Shown: in pieces, positions 29,675-38,388 of the stretch
How positions within the stretch are numbered: position 1 is the stretch's first letter
Layout of the letters: every line of letters begins with the position of its first letter
From: Terriglobia bacterium
GTDB taxonomy: Bacteria; Acidobacteriota; Terriglobia; 20CM-2-55-15
Assembly (NCBI GenBank): GCA_965218585.1
Contig: CBDCLE010000005.1
Span: 128,001 to 192,000, forward strand
Direction of reading: 5' to 3'
Length of the DNA: 64,000 nucleotides
Position numbers and translations under genes: made by a program
The notes under the pieces: generated by a model
The model's input: the letters and a program-made list of their open reading frames with translations, nothing else
What the model was told of the DNA's origin: nothing
Database searches by the model: none

Positions 29675-30064
29675 ATGAAACTCTACACCGTGCTCGCGAT
29701 AGGAGGATTGACGCTTGCGCTAACCCTTCAAGCGGCTGCTCACCATAGCGATGCCGGCCTCTTCGACGAGACACGTACTGTCGAGATGCGGGTCGTCGTT
29801 ACCGAATGGCGCTTCGTAAACCCGCATCCGATCCTTCGAGGGGAAGTCACCGAGGCGGACGGCCAGGCTGTGGCGTGGAACGTGGCGTTCGGCCCTTCCG
29901 CCGTGTCGGCTCTCCGCAGGCGGGGCTTTTCACCTGAGACCTTCATGCCCGGCGAGGTGCTGATCGTGACGGGCCATCCGGCCACCGCCCCCGGCGCGCA
30001 CGCCATCAATGTTCGCGGTCCCGAAAGCGAAGTCACCCGAGGGGACGGCTCACCCGTACCTTAG
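29675..30064 (+). CDS. DUF6152-like secreted protein (copy 2)
   Basis: Signal peptide, AHHS.A..FD, NPH, G..V.W, VTGHP; RBS GGAGG. Confidence 0.82.
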   Translation: MKLYTVLAIGGLTLALTLQAAAHHSDAGLFDETRTVEMRVVVTEWRFVNPHPILRGEVTEADGQAVAWNVAFGPSAVSALRRRGFSPETFMPGEVLIVTGHPATAPGAHAINVRGPESEVTRGDGSPVP

Positions 30065-30090
30065 TTCAACGTTTTCTCGAACCGTCGGAG

Positions 30091-31047
30091 TCAGCGCCTC
30101 ACCAACTTCTGCACCCTGCGGTTGACCACGTCGGCAACATAGATGTTCTCTTGGGAGTCAATGGCCAGATAGTGGGCTTCACCGAACTCGCCCAGGCCCT
30201 CACCCGAACTTCCCCAAACGCCAAGGACGACACCGTCCGAATCCAGCTTCACGATCTGAGCGTCGAAACCGGTGGCCATGTAGATGTGCCCATCGTCGGT
30301 GAGGTCCAGGCCGCATGCCATGCCTTGATAAACCCATCCCTTCAGGAAATTCCCGTCGAGGTCGAACACCAGAACACGGCGGCCCTCGCGGTCAGCAACA
30401 TAGACGAGACCGTCAGAATCGATGACGAGGGAGTGGGCGACCTGGAACTGCCATGGCAAAGTACCGCGTCCGCCCCAGGAGGTGATGAAGCCTCCGTCAG
30501 GATCGAATTTCAGGACGCGAGGCTCGGCCTGGGGACCGTGTCCCTGGGAGACGAATATGTTTCCGTTCGGACCAATGGCCACATCGGTCGGCTGGTTAAA
30601 CAGTTGTGTTCCGGCGGCTTCGTCCCATTCACCCGCTTCGCCGCGCCTCCCCAGGGTCAGGAGAATCTCCCCTCCCCGGCTGAGCTTCATGACCAGGTGA
30701 TCGCTGACGTCGGTCACCCACAGATTGTCCTCCGAGTCGATCCGCAATCCGTGGGACCGGTTGAACAAACCCTCTCCGAACGCCCGCACGAATCCACCGT
30801 CCGCATCAAACTCCAGCAACGCAGTGTCACCACGGTGCAGGACGAAGACGTGACCTTGCGAATCGATGTCCACGGCGGCCACTGATTCAAACCCGGTGTC
30901 GGAAGGAAACCTGAAAGCATCCGCGACTTCCACCGGACGATAAGCCATGTCGGGTCCCGTGATCGCCTGTAGCGGAATCGTGGGACGTTGCCCGAGTGCG
31001 GGCGCTGCAGTCCAGAGGAGGCTCAGAAGGAGCAGGGCTACTCTCAT
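30091..31047 (-). CDS. Secreted NHL-repeat beta-propeller, peptidyl-alpha-hydroxyglycine alpha-amidating lyase (PAL)-like
   Basis: Signal peptide; SHGLRID, FNQPTDVA, AHSLVID, VADRE, AHYLAID, RVQK repeats. Confidence 0.85.
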   Translation of the reverse strand: MRVALLLLSLLWTAAPALGQRPTIPLQAITGPDMAYRPVEVADAFRFPSDTGFESVAAVDIDSQGHVFVLHRGDTALLEFDADGGFVRAFGEGLFNRSHGLRIDSEDNLWVTDVSDHLVMKLSRGGEILLTLGRRGEAGEWDEAAGTQLFNQPTDVAIGPNGNIFVSQGHGPQAEPRVLKFDPDGGFITSWGGRGTLPWQFQVAHSLVIDSDGLVYVADREGRRVLVFDLDGNFLKGWVYQGMACGLDLTDDGHIYMATGFDAQIVKLDSDGVVLGVWGSSGEGLGEFGEAHYLAIDSQENIYVADVVNRRVQKLVRR

Positions 31048-31056
31048 GGCAATCTC

Positions 31057-33315
31057 CTAGCGCGCCAGTGGATCGGGCCGGATCTGGAACTTCACCATCT
31101 TGCCCAGAGTCCCTTTGCCGCCTTCAATGTGCCAGACAAAGTGCGTACCGTAGTTCGCCCACAGCGCGCGGCCTTTCCAACCGCCATCGGGATCGTCGAT
31201 CCGGCCGTCCATCCCCCGGGAATAGAACCCCATGGGATACGGCACGCGCAACGTCGTCCAGTCACCTGAATCGGGATCGAGCGCGAGCAGCGCATCGGAA
31301 TTCGACCCTGTGGCGAACGGTGTGTTCTCACCCAGGCCACTGATGTTGTGTTGATCCACCCACCCGAAGTAGTGAAAGTCGGCCGGGATTTCGGTGCCCG
31401 TAAACGTCGGGCCATCGGTCCGGTACAATGTCCAGCCTTCCCGGCATCCGGTACCATCCAGTTTCTGCTGGGAAGTCAGACTCCCACACTTCGAGTAGTC
31501 GAAGCTGGCCAGATGGCTGCTGGCGGCCAACGCAGCCCAGACCACACCGTTCGAATCGATATCGATGCCGCGCGGATCCAGCCCGGGCTCGGGCACCTGG
31601 AAAACTTCACTCACGCAGCTCTGGGGCGGGTTGTTGCCGCGGGACAGCCGAATGATGTAGCCAGGGTAGCTCTCGGCTGCACCCCACACAACGTTCGAGA
31701 CGGGGCTCGGGATTACGCTGTACATGTTGTAGCTGACCTGGGTATCGAGGTTCGGATCCGGGGGACCTGCTCCTGCCGGTGGTGGTGCACCCCGCCCCAG
31801 CGGACCTTGCGGCGTATCGCTCAGGTACAGCGGGTTGCCGCCGCCTACAAGCCGATTGAACGGGAGCGTGATCCTTCCATCGCCGTTTGTATCGACGACC
31901 TGGCCGCACCAGCCCACGGCCTGTTGTTCGTCCCGGGTTTCCTCGTACACCTTCGTGTCGACCCAGCCGAACATGGAGCCGCTTAATTCGTTGAAGTAAA
32001 CGGTCTCGTTCTCATCCGTATCAAACTGGAGGTGGTGGGTGCTGTAACAGGTTTCGATCAGCGTGAACTCTGCCGAATCGGGTTCATAGTAGGAGGCCTG
32101 CCGTCCTCCCCTGACCAGCGGAAAGTACTCGGCGTAGGGTGTCACTGCCGGATCGCTGCACCATTCCGGCGGGGTCTGGCGAATTTTCGAGGTCATCCAC
32201 ACGCGACCGTTGCTGTCCAGCATCGGGTTGTGCGGGTCCGCGGGATTATAAGGCGGGTTGGTCCACAACGCGTCTTCACCGAACCACAGGGAAGCCGGGT
32301 TTGGCGCCGGAAAGCGGGAGCGGACCTCGTCGCGGAGTGCCCGGGTCGGGATCTCGATCTCATAGGTCGAATTCTCGATCGGATCCAGGACGACGAGCTT
32401 GCCGTGTCCCGCCGAAACCGCGTAGACCGGTCCGTTCGCGTTCACCGTTGGATTGTTCTTGTCCGTTCAAATCTCGTCATGCATGAACGAGTGATCCGTT
32501 CCCCAGTCCCACAGCGTCAGAACGAGGTTCTGTTCGATGCCGTCCGGGCGCGGAGGAGTCTCGGGCACTTCGCCGGCCTGGATCCTGTCCGTCCAATCGA
32601 CCAGCATGTCGAGGATTCCGTCCCGGCCTACCCGGTTGGCCACACCCGACATCGTGCCACCCCGAACGCCAGCCTGAAGACGATGGTCCCAGGCTTCCCG
32701 ATCACTGGTCACGTCATCTATTGCGTCATACACGTGCCCAAGATCGCGCGTCATCGCGTTGCCGACCTGGTGGCAGAAGTTGCAGTTCGATTTGATGGCG
32801 TGAACGTACCGGGCCTGGCTGGTCATGTCAGGGTTGATGCCATTGCCGTCAGGCCCTGTGCCCGGAAATGCGCTCTCCTCGGGAAAGTCGATCATCGACC
32901 ACCAGTAGTTGCCCGGGTATACCTGGGCCGCTTCCTGGGGGGTCGGAGCAAGGGTTGTTGTGAGCTCGACGTCATCCGCATTGGGGGTGAGCTCGACCGG
33001 TTCCGAATCGAGCAGGCCATAGCCCCGAACCCAGACGTCGTACTCGGCGTCGGGCAGCTCGGGCAGCATGAACCGCCCGTCGTCATCGGTGACCACGATC
33101 TTGATCAGGGGCGTCAGCGTGTCGCCGGTTTCTGCGATCACCCAGACGCCGGCTTCCGGGCCGGCACTGCTGGCGACCGTGCCCCCGATATAGCCGTCGG
33201 GTGGCGCCTCGACCTGCAATGCCGCTCCCGCGTTCGGGCCGACCGCAGCCACGACCCCCATCAGCGCGACCGAAGCCGCAAGAATTGACCTCCGTGGACG
33301 GGTACGCGTACTCAT
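31057..33315 (-). pseudogene. Secreted carboxypeptidase-regulatory-like domain + CxxCH + beta-propeller protein, interrupted by an in-frame TGA at 32467-32469
   Basis: RBS GGAGGAG and ATG 33315; GPEAGVWVIAET, VRGYGL, CNFCHQ; ORFs 32467-33723 and 31057-32445 share one frame (HDEI*TDKNNPTVNANGPVY). Confidence 0.8.
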
Positions 33316-33549
33316 GTTCCACTCCTCCCCTTGGCGCGCAAGCAAAACACCGGTTCTCGCGACGGAAATGGGGCCAGTGTATGGCAAGTCCCGGAGTCTC
33401 GGCAACAGGAATAGGTAAGTGATGGCAGCGATGAGTCGACAGATCGTGCGCCGGGGACAAAGGTTTTGTTTCTTGATGAGAGTCGGCTCGAAGGGTAGCA
33501 TACACGGAATATTCGACTGAGCGTTTACCCGGTCGGGAGGTAAGGTCTG

Positions 33550-33996
33550 ATGCCAATCTTTTTCTGGGGTGTTACTTCGATTCTGTTGGTAATGACTGGG
33601 CTGGGAGCCCAGCAGCCCGGAGCTTCGTCCACCGCAGGTCTGGACTTCGAATTCTTTCAAACCGAGGTCCAGCCGATCTTCCTGGCCAACAAGTCGGGGT
33701 TTACCCGTTGCGTTGTATGCCATACCGATGGTAACGCTGCGTTTCTGGAGCCGCTGTCACCGGGCGCGACGACCTGGACTGAAGAGGAGGCGCGCAGCAA
33801 CTTCGATCGAGTGTTGGAACTGGTATCGCCCGGCGAACCCTTGAACAGCCGGCTGCTGATGCATCCGCTGGAGCCGGCCGCGGGCGGTGACGAGTTTCAC
33901 AACGGCGGCAGGCAGTTTACTTCACAGGAAGACCCGGACTTCGAGACGATCGCCGCCTGGGTACGAGGGGAAACGGCTGGCGGCGCTGGAAGATGA
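33550..33996 (+). CDS. Secreted mono-heme c-type cytochrome-like protein
   Basis: Signal peptide; FF...VQPIF, CVVCH, SRLL.HP, H.GG. Confidence 0.8.
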   Translation: MPIFFWGVTSILLVMTGLGAQQPGASSTAGLDFEFFQTEVQPIFLANKSGFTRCVVCHTDGNAAFLEPLSPGATTWTEEEARSNFDRVLELVSPGEPLNSRLLMHPLEPAAGGDEFHNGGRQFTSQEDPDFETIAAWVRGETAGGAGR

Positions 33997-34036
33997 TATT
34001 TTCGAAATCGTGCGAACAAAAGGAGCTTTGAGAACG

Positions 34037-35065
34037 ATGACTACTTTTAAAGGGCCGAAGCGTTATCTGCCGGTGCTTGCGATTCTGGCTCTCACCCTGC
34101 CGTTGGCGGCCGCCCAGGAAACTCTGATCGTTCAGACCAACAGCGCCGGCGACAACGTTCACATCATCGACGCGGCGACGTATGAAATCGTGGCAGAGGT
34201 TACCGGCATCGAGCGGGCGCACGGCGCCGTGCCCTCGCCGGACGGGAAGTGGATCTATGTCAGCAACGAGGCGGACACCACCGTCGACATCATCGACACC
34301 CAGACGTGGACAGTGACCAAGAAGATCCCGCTCACGGATCACCCCAACAACATCACGATTACTCCCGACGGTCGGAAAGTGTACGTGGCCATCGCGCGGG
34401 CCCCAGGCGCGCTGGATGTGATTGACACAGCTTCGCAGGAGAACGTGCGGACGATCTCCGTTCATGGGGGCGTCCACAACGTCTACGTGACGCCGGATGG
34501 AAAACACGCGGTTGCAGGCATGATTGGCGCACGGAACATGACCATTGTCGATACGGAGACCGACCGGCCTCTGTGGACCCAGTACTTCGACACGGGTATA
34601 CGCCCAATGGCGTTCGAAGCGAATCCCGATGGCTCGACACGCCGAATATTCACCCAACTCTCCAACTTCAACGGATTCGGCTATCTGGATTTTGAAACGC
34701 GCACGGAAGGACCCCGGGTTGCGTATCCCGAGCTGCCTCCAGAGGAAAGGACACCCGGTCACGGAGGCAACACAGCCCACGGCCTGGGAGTCACCCCGGA
34801 CAACAGGTATCTGGTCGCCAACAGCAGCCTCAACGGTAGCGTCTACATCTATTCGCTCCCGGACCTGACGTTGATGGGCGGAGTCAAGGTGGGACACTCT
34901 CCGAACTGGGTCACGATCACACCTGACAGCCGGTTCGCCTATATCTCCAACGCGGGGTCGAACAGTGTTACCGTGATCGATATCCCAGCTGTCAAGGTGG
35001 AAACTGAAATCAAGACAGGCGGCCAGGTACCGAAGCGCAACGCAACGATGGTCCTGTCGCAGTAA
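34037..35065 (+). CDS. Secreted YncE/YVTN beta-propeller repeat protein
   Basis: Repeated (S/T)PDG(K/R)..Y(V/A) units; signal peptide from ATG 34037 after AGGAG. Confidence 0.88.
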   Translation: MTTFKGPKRYLPVLAILALTLPLAAAQETLIVQTNSAGDNVHIIDAATYEIVAEVTGIERAHGAVPSPDGKWIYVSNEADTTVDIIDTQTWTVTKKIPLTDHPNNITITPDGRKVYVAIARAPGALDVIDTASQENVRTISVHGGVHNVYVTPDGKHAVAGMIGARNMTIVDTETDRPLWTQYFDTGIRPMAFEANPDGSTRRIFTQLSNFNGFGYLDFETRTEGPRVAYPELPPEERTPGHGGNTAHGLGVTPDNRYLVANSSLNGSVYIYSLPDLTLMGGVKVGHSPNWVTITPDSRFAYISNAGSNSVTVIDIPAVKVETEIKTGGQVPKRNATMVLSQ

Positions 35066-35095
35066 AGGGATCCCTCCACAGATACGTAGAAGGCT

Positions 35096-35123
35096 GGCCA
35101 GCCCGGGTGAGCCCGGGTTGGCC
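35096..35123. terminator. GC-rich hairpin between convergent genes
   Basis: GGCCAGCCCGGG-TGAG-CCCGGGTTGGCC; weak U-tract. Confidence 0.5.
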
Positions 35124-35160
35124 CTTCAAGCCGACTCAGCCGGCGACTCTACCCACCCCC

Positions 35161-35592
35161 TCACGGCCGTGCCACACCCAACCGGATCTCGTTCAGTACC
35201 TCTGTGTCCGAAGGGAGGGGCTCCTCGCCAGGCGGCATTCGATTGGCGCTCAGGACATAGGCGATGATGTCGACCAGTTCCTCGTCCGACAGTGTGCCGG
35301 GTTCGTCTTGTGGCATGGTGTCGCGAGTTATCTCGAAGAACTCGCCAACTGAACGATCCGTCCAGGTTGTCTGAAAAGCGTAATCGTTGAGCAGGGGCGC
35401 CATGTCGGGGGTCACTGAGCGCATGCTGCCGTGGCAGAGTTCGCACTTCCCTTCGTACACGATCTGGCCCCGATCGGCCTGTTCGCTCGTATAGATACCG
35501 TCCCTCGCCGATCGATCCGTAGGTTGCTGCGCGGGGGCGGCGACGCTGGCAGTGGCGAGGACCAGAGTCGCCACAACTAGAAATCGGTTCAT
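35161..35592 (-). CDS. Secreted class I cytochrome c
   Basis: GIYT.EQA.RG...Y...CELCHG, TMP..PG.L, IIAYVL..N; RBS GAGG. Confidence 0.88.
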   Translation of the reverse strand: MNRFLVVATLVLATASVAAPAQQPTDRSARDGIYTSEQADRGQIVYEGKCELCHGSMRSVTPDMAPLLNDYAFQTTWTDRSVGEFFEITRDTMPQDEPGTLSDEELVDIIAYVLSANRMPPGEEPLPSDTEVLNEIRLGVARP

Positions 35593-35697
35593 CTTCACCT
35601 CGTAAGGGGTCTTGCTCTTGGCGATACTGTCTTTGGCTTGTAATACCAATCGGGCAGCAAGTACGAAAACGGGGTCAGAAGGCCCTCGGCCCTATTA

Positions 35698-35874
35698 CTA
35701 GAACGGGAACGGGAACATCAACCAGCTGACAACAACCGCAACACCGACGAAAGACAAGAAAACGAACGCGCCGTAGCGTAGTTGTTCCCGTGGTCCGGTC
35801 TTGTTGATCAGCGCAAATACGACAGAAACGATGACGGCGAAGATGAACAACGCATTGAAGTGAGACAGCGTCAT
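35698..35874 (-). CDS. 58-aa two-TM small membrane protein (not in the ORF track)
   Basis: MTLSHFNALFIFAVIVSVVFALINKTGPREQLRYGAFVFLSFVGVAVVVSWLMFPFPF*; ATGA overlap with the upstream gene; three tandem stops. Confidence 0.75.
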   Translation of the reverse strand: MTLSHFNALFIFAVIVSVVFALINKTGPREQLRYGAFVFLSFVGVAVVVSWLMFPFPF

Positions 35875-36311
35875 GGCTTGCGTCCCTGTGCGATGTCAAA
35901 TGCATCAAGCACGATGAGGTAGTTCAACAGACCGGATACCCAGAGATACGAGCTGCCGTAGTCGTAGCTCGGGTTGGAGAGAAGGCCGACGCCGAGACCG
36001 AGTTGCTGGGCGATGAGGTAGGGGATGCCCACACCGGCGTTCGCTACAAACGCAAATATGTGCAGGGGTTCTTCGGGTCGTACATCGTACAGGCGTCCCT
36101 GCATTGCCAGTCCCAATGCGAACATTGTCAGAACGGACAGCGTGAACGCTATGGCCCGACCCCATCGACCGAGAAACAGATGGGACGCTCCCGGGAAAAA
36201 CCACCCGGTAGCGCAGATGCCTAATGTCGCCGCCATGCCGAGCGGTTTGGAAGGTTGCGGCGCAGGAATTGTTTCCGGGGAGGAATCCGGTTGGGGTTCT
36301 TCTTTTGACAT
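35871..36311 (-). CDS. DUF6677-like membrane protein
   Basis: W..PG..HL.LGR..R, YDYG..YL.V.GLLN.L..LDA.D. Confidence 0.75.
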   Translation of the reverse strand: MSKEEPQPDSSPETIPAPQPSKPLGMAATLGICATGWFFPGASHLFLGRWGRAIAFTLSVLTMFALGLAMQGRLYDVRPEEPLHIFAFVANAGVGIPYLIAQQLGLGVGLLSNPSYDYGSSYLWVSGLLNYLIVLDAFDIAQGRKP

Positions 36312-36339
36312 CTGTTAGGGTTTTTATGATTTCCAGGAG

Positions 36340-36612
36340 TTAGCGTTCAGCCAGAAAGTCCGCAAGCTTGCGTTCCATGTGGCCGGCATCCAAGCCTATA
36401 ATCTCGAATTTTTTGTGTCTACTCTTTTCTCCCGTAAGGAGGCGTACCGCAGAACGTGAAACCTCAAACACGTCTGCCAGATACAGGGTAGCTGCTTTAT
36501 TGGCCTTTCCGTCCCGGGCGGGCGCATTTACTTTCAGCAGGAGGGCCCCATTTCTGCGTCCCGCAAACGAAGTGCGTGCGGCATTAGGAATGACCCGGAT
36601 GTCCAGTTTCAT
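36340..36612 (-). CDS. DUF167 (YggU/UPF0235) family protein
   Basis: V.PNA, APA.DGKAN, GEKSRHK. Confidence 0.88.
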   Translation of the reverse strand: MKLDIRVIPNAARTSFAGRRNGALLLKVNAPARDGKANKAATLYLADVFEVSRSAVRLLTGEKSRHKKFEIIGLDAGHMERKLADFLAER

Positions 36613-37280
36613 TTCCGCTCCCCAAACAGGGCAGTCCCCACCCTCACCATCGTGGCGCCCTCCTCGATGGCAATTTCGAAGTCGTGGCTCATCCCCATTG
36701 ACAGCTCCGGCAAGGAAAACCCCTGACCTGTTTGCCGCAACTCCCTAAAGTAGGGCCTTACGTCTTCAGGGTTCTCTAAGAAAGGCGGGATCGTCATCAA
36801 TCCCCGCAAGTCCAACTTCTCCGACGCCTGGATGACATCGATCAATCGTGGGAGATCGGCCCGAGCGACGCCGGCCTTGGACGGCTCTTCTTCCAATTTG
36901 ACTTGAATCAGAACCCTCAGCCGGCCGATCGTGAGTCGGTCAAGGCGTTGGGCGAGAGCGCTACTGTCCACCGACTGAATCCACGAAAACAACCCGAGTG
37001 CCTTCGCGGCCTTGTTTGCCTGGAGGTGGCCGATGAGATGACACTGAACTCTACCTCCATCGAGAGCTTCATCGAGTTGGGGGATCTTTTCATCTGCCTC
37101 CTGTACCCGATTCTCGCCGATGTCGGTGAGTCCGTACCGAATGGCTTCCCGGATTCGTTCGACCTCCACCCGTTTGCTGACGCCGATGAGGCGAACCCCT
37201 GCCGGATCCCGTCCGACTCTCATGGCAGCTTTTTCGATGCGTTCCAGCAGAAGGCGGTAGTTCTCACCCACACTGCTCAT
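36609..37280 (-). CDS. yggS: PLP homeostasis protein (YggS family)
   Basis: LIGVSK, GENRVQE, HLIGHLQ.NK, GLMTIP, LSMGMS.D..IAIEEGAT.VRVG. Confidence 0.96.
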   Translation of the reverse strand: MSSVGENYRLLLERIEKAAMRVGRDPAGVRLIGVSKRVEVERIREAIRYGLTDIGENRVQEADEKIPQLDEALDGGRVQCHLIGHLQANKAAKALGLFSWIQSVDSSALAQRLDRLTIGRLRVLIQVKLEEEPSKAGVARADLPRLIDVIQASEKLDLRGLMTIPPFLENPEDVRPYFRELRQTGQGFSLPELSMGMSHDFEIAIEEGATMVRVGTALFGERK

Positions 37281-38131
37281 GCGTTTTTCTTTGCACGAGT
37301 CTTCTTCCTTGCACCCGAGGGTCTGGTTGCCACTGTCTTTTCCCGAACCCGGCGTCGAGGCTTCTTTGTTGCTTCGAGGCTCTGCTTTAGTACTTCCATT
37401 AAATCAACTGTCTGACCCGGCTTGCCTGGAGCAATGCTCGAACTGCCCACGTCTACGCCGTCGACCTTTTTCTGGATGATCTCCAGTAGCTTGCCGCGGT
37501 ATTCGTCTTTGTAGGCTGTGGGATCGAAAGAGTCCTGCATGGTCTCTATCAACGTATTTGCCAGGGACATCTCCTTAGCAGATATCTTTGTTTCGTCCGG
37601 TATATTCAGCTCCCCTGGGTCAGCGACCTCGTGGGCGAAGCGCATGGTCTGCAGCGTCAGGAGCTTACCCGAAGGTTTGAGAAGGGCCAGGTGTTCGCGG
37701 GATTTGAGAACGACACGTGCGACTCCGACTCTGCCGCTCCGCTTCAATGCCTTACCAAGGAGAGCATACGCATGCTCTCCGCCTTTTTGAGGTTCGAGGT
37801 AGTACGGCTTTTCGTAGTAAACGGGATCGATTTCTTTCTCGCTCACAAATGCGATGATCTGAATCGTCCGAGATAACTCTACGTTCGCCTGCTTGAATTC
37901 CTCTTCGGTCACCTCGACGAAACGTCCCTTTTCGAATTCGTATCCGCGGGTGATTTCTTCCCACGGCACCTCCTGCCCTTCTGCGTCGCAGAACCTTTTG
38001 TAGGAGACTGGACTGAGGTCCTTCTTGTGCAGGTACTTGAACGAAACGTCATTGGACCTGGTCGCGCTAAAAACCGCGATGGGAATCGTCACAAGCGCGA
38101 AACTGATGTTCCCTTTCCAAATAGCTCTCAT
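37277..38131 (-). CDS. ku: Non-homologous end-joining protein Ku
   Basis: MRAIWKGNISFALVTIP, IDPVYYEKPYYL, YKDEY, VDLMEVLKQSL, basic tail. Confidence 0.95.
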   Translation of the reverse strand: MRAIWKGNISFALVTIPIAVFSATRSNDVSFKYLHKKDLSPVSYKRFCDAEGQEVPWEEITRGYEFEKGRFVEVTEEEFKQANVELSRTIQIIAFVSEKEIDPVYYEKPYYLEPQKGGEHAYALLGKALKRSGRVGVARVVLKSREHLALLKPSGKLLTLQTMRFAHEVADPGELNIPDETKISAKEMSLANTLIETMQDSFDPTAYKDEYRGKLLEIIQKKVDGVDVGSSSIAPGKPGQTVDLMEVLKQSLEATKKPRRRVREKTVATRPSGARKKTRAKKNA

Positions 38132-38388
38132 ATTCGAATCCTTTACCTCAAAAGTTGTTGCCCCTGCGCGCGGGATAACCCAACATGCATGGACGCAAGT
38201 TAACTTTCTTACCATATTTGGTGCATAATTGCCTACTCATGCACCGGGTTCGTGGGGGTCAGTTCAAAGGGCTGATCGCTATCGGGACGTTTTCTAAAAG
38301 TCGACAAGGCCCTGTAGGTGCGCTCCATGAGCGCAATAATGGGCGGTCCAGACCGCTCCACAGGTGGATTCGACTTTCACCACCAGCG

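Noticed and set aside
29027-32469. Genome-wide TGA reassignment (Trp/Gly) explaining the two premature TGAs
   Set aside because: TGA ends many intact core genes here (mutS, hemC, tmk); the 29027 case needs a frameshift, not readthrough
32032-33288. Long antisense ORFs (e.g. 32032-33288, 33917-34897, 40164-41123, 62857-63759)
   Set aside because: Shadows of GC-rich coding genes on the opposite strand with no recognisable motifs
33271-33315. Twin-arginine (Tat) signal RRSIL on the CxxCH propeller protein
   Set aside because: Poor match to S/T-R-R-x-F-L-K, and c-type cytochromes are normally Sec-exported; not supportable
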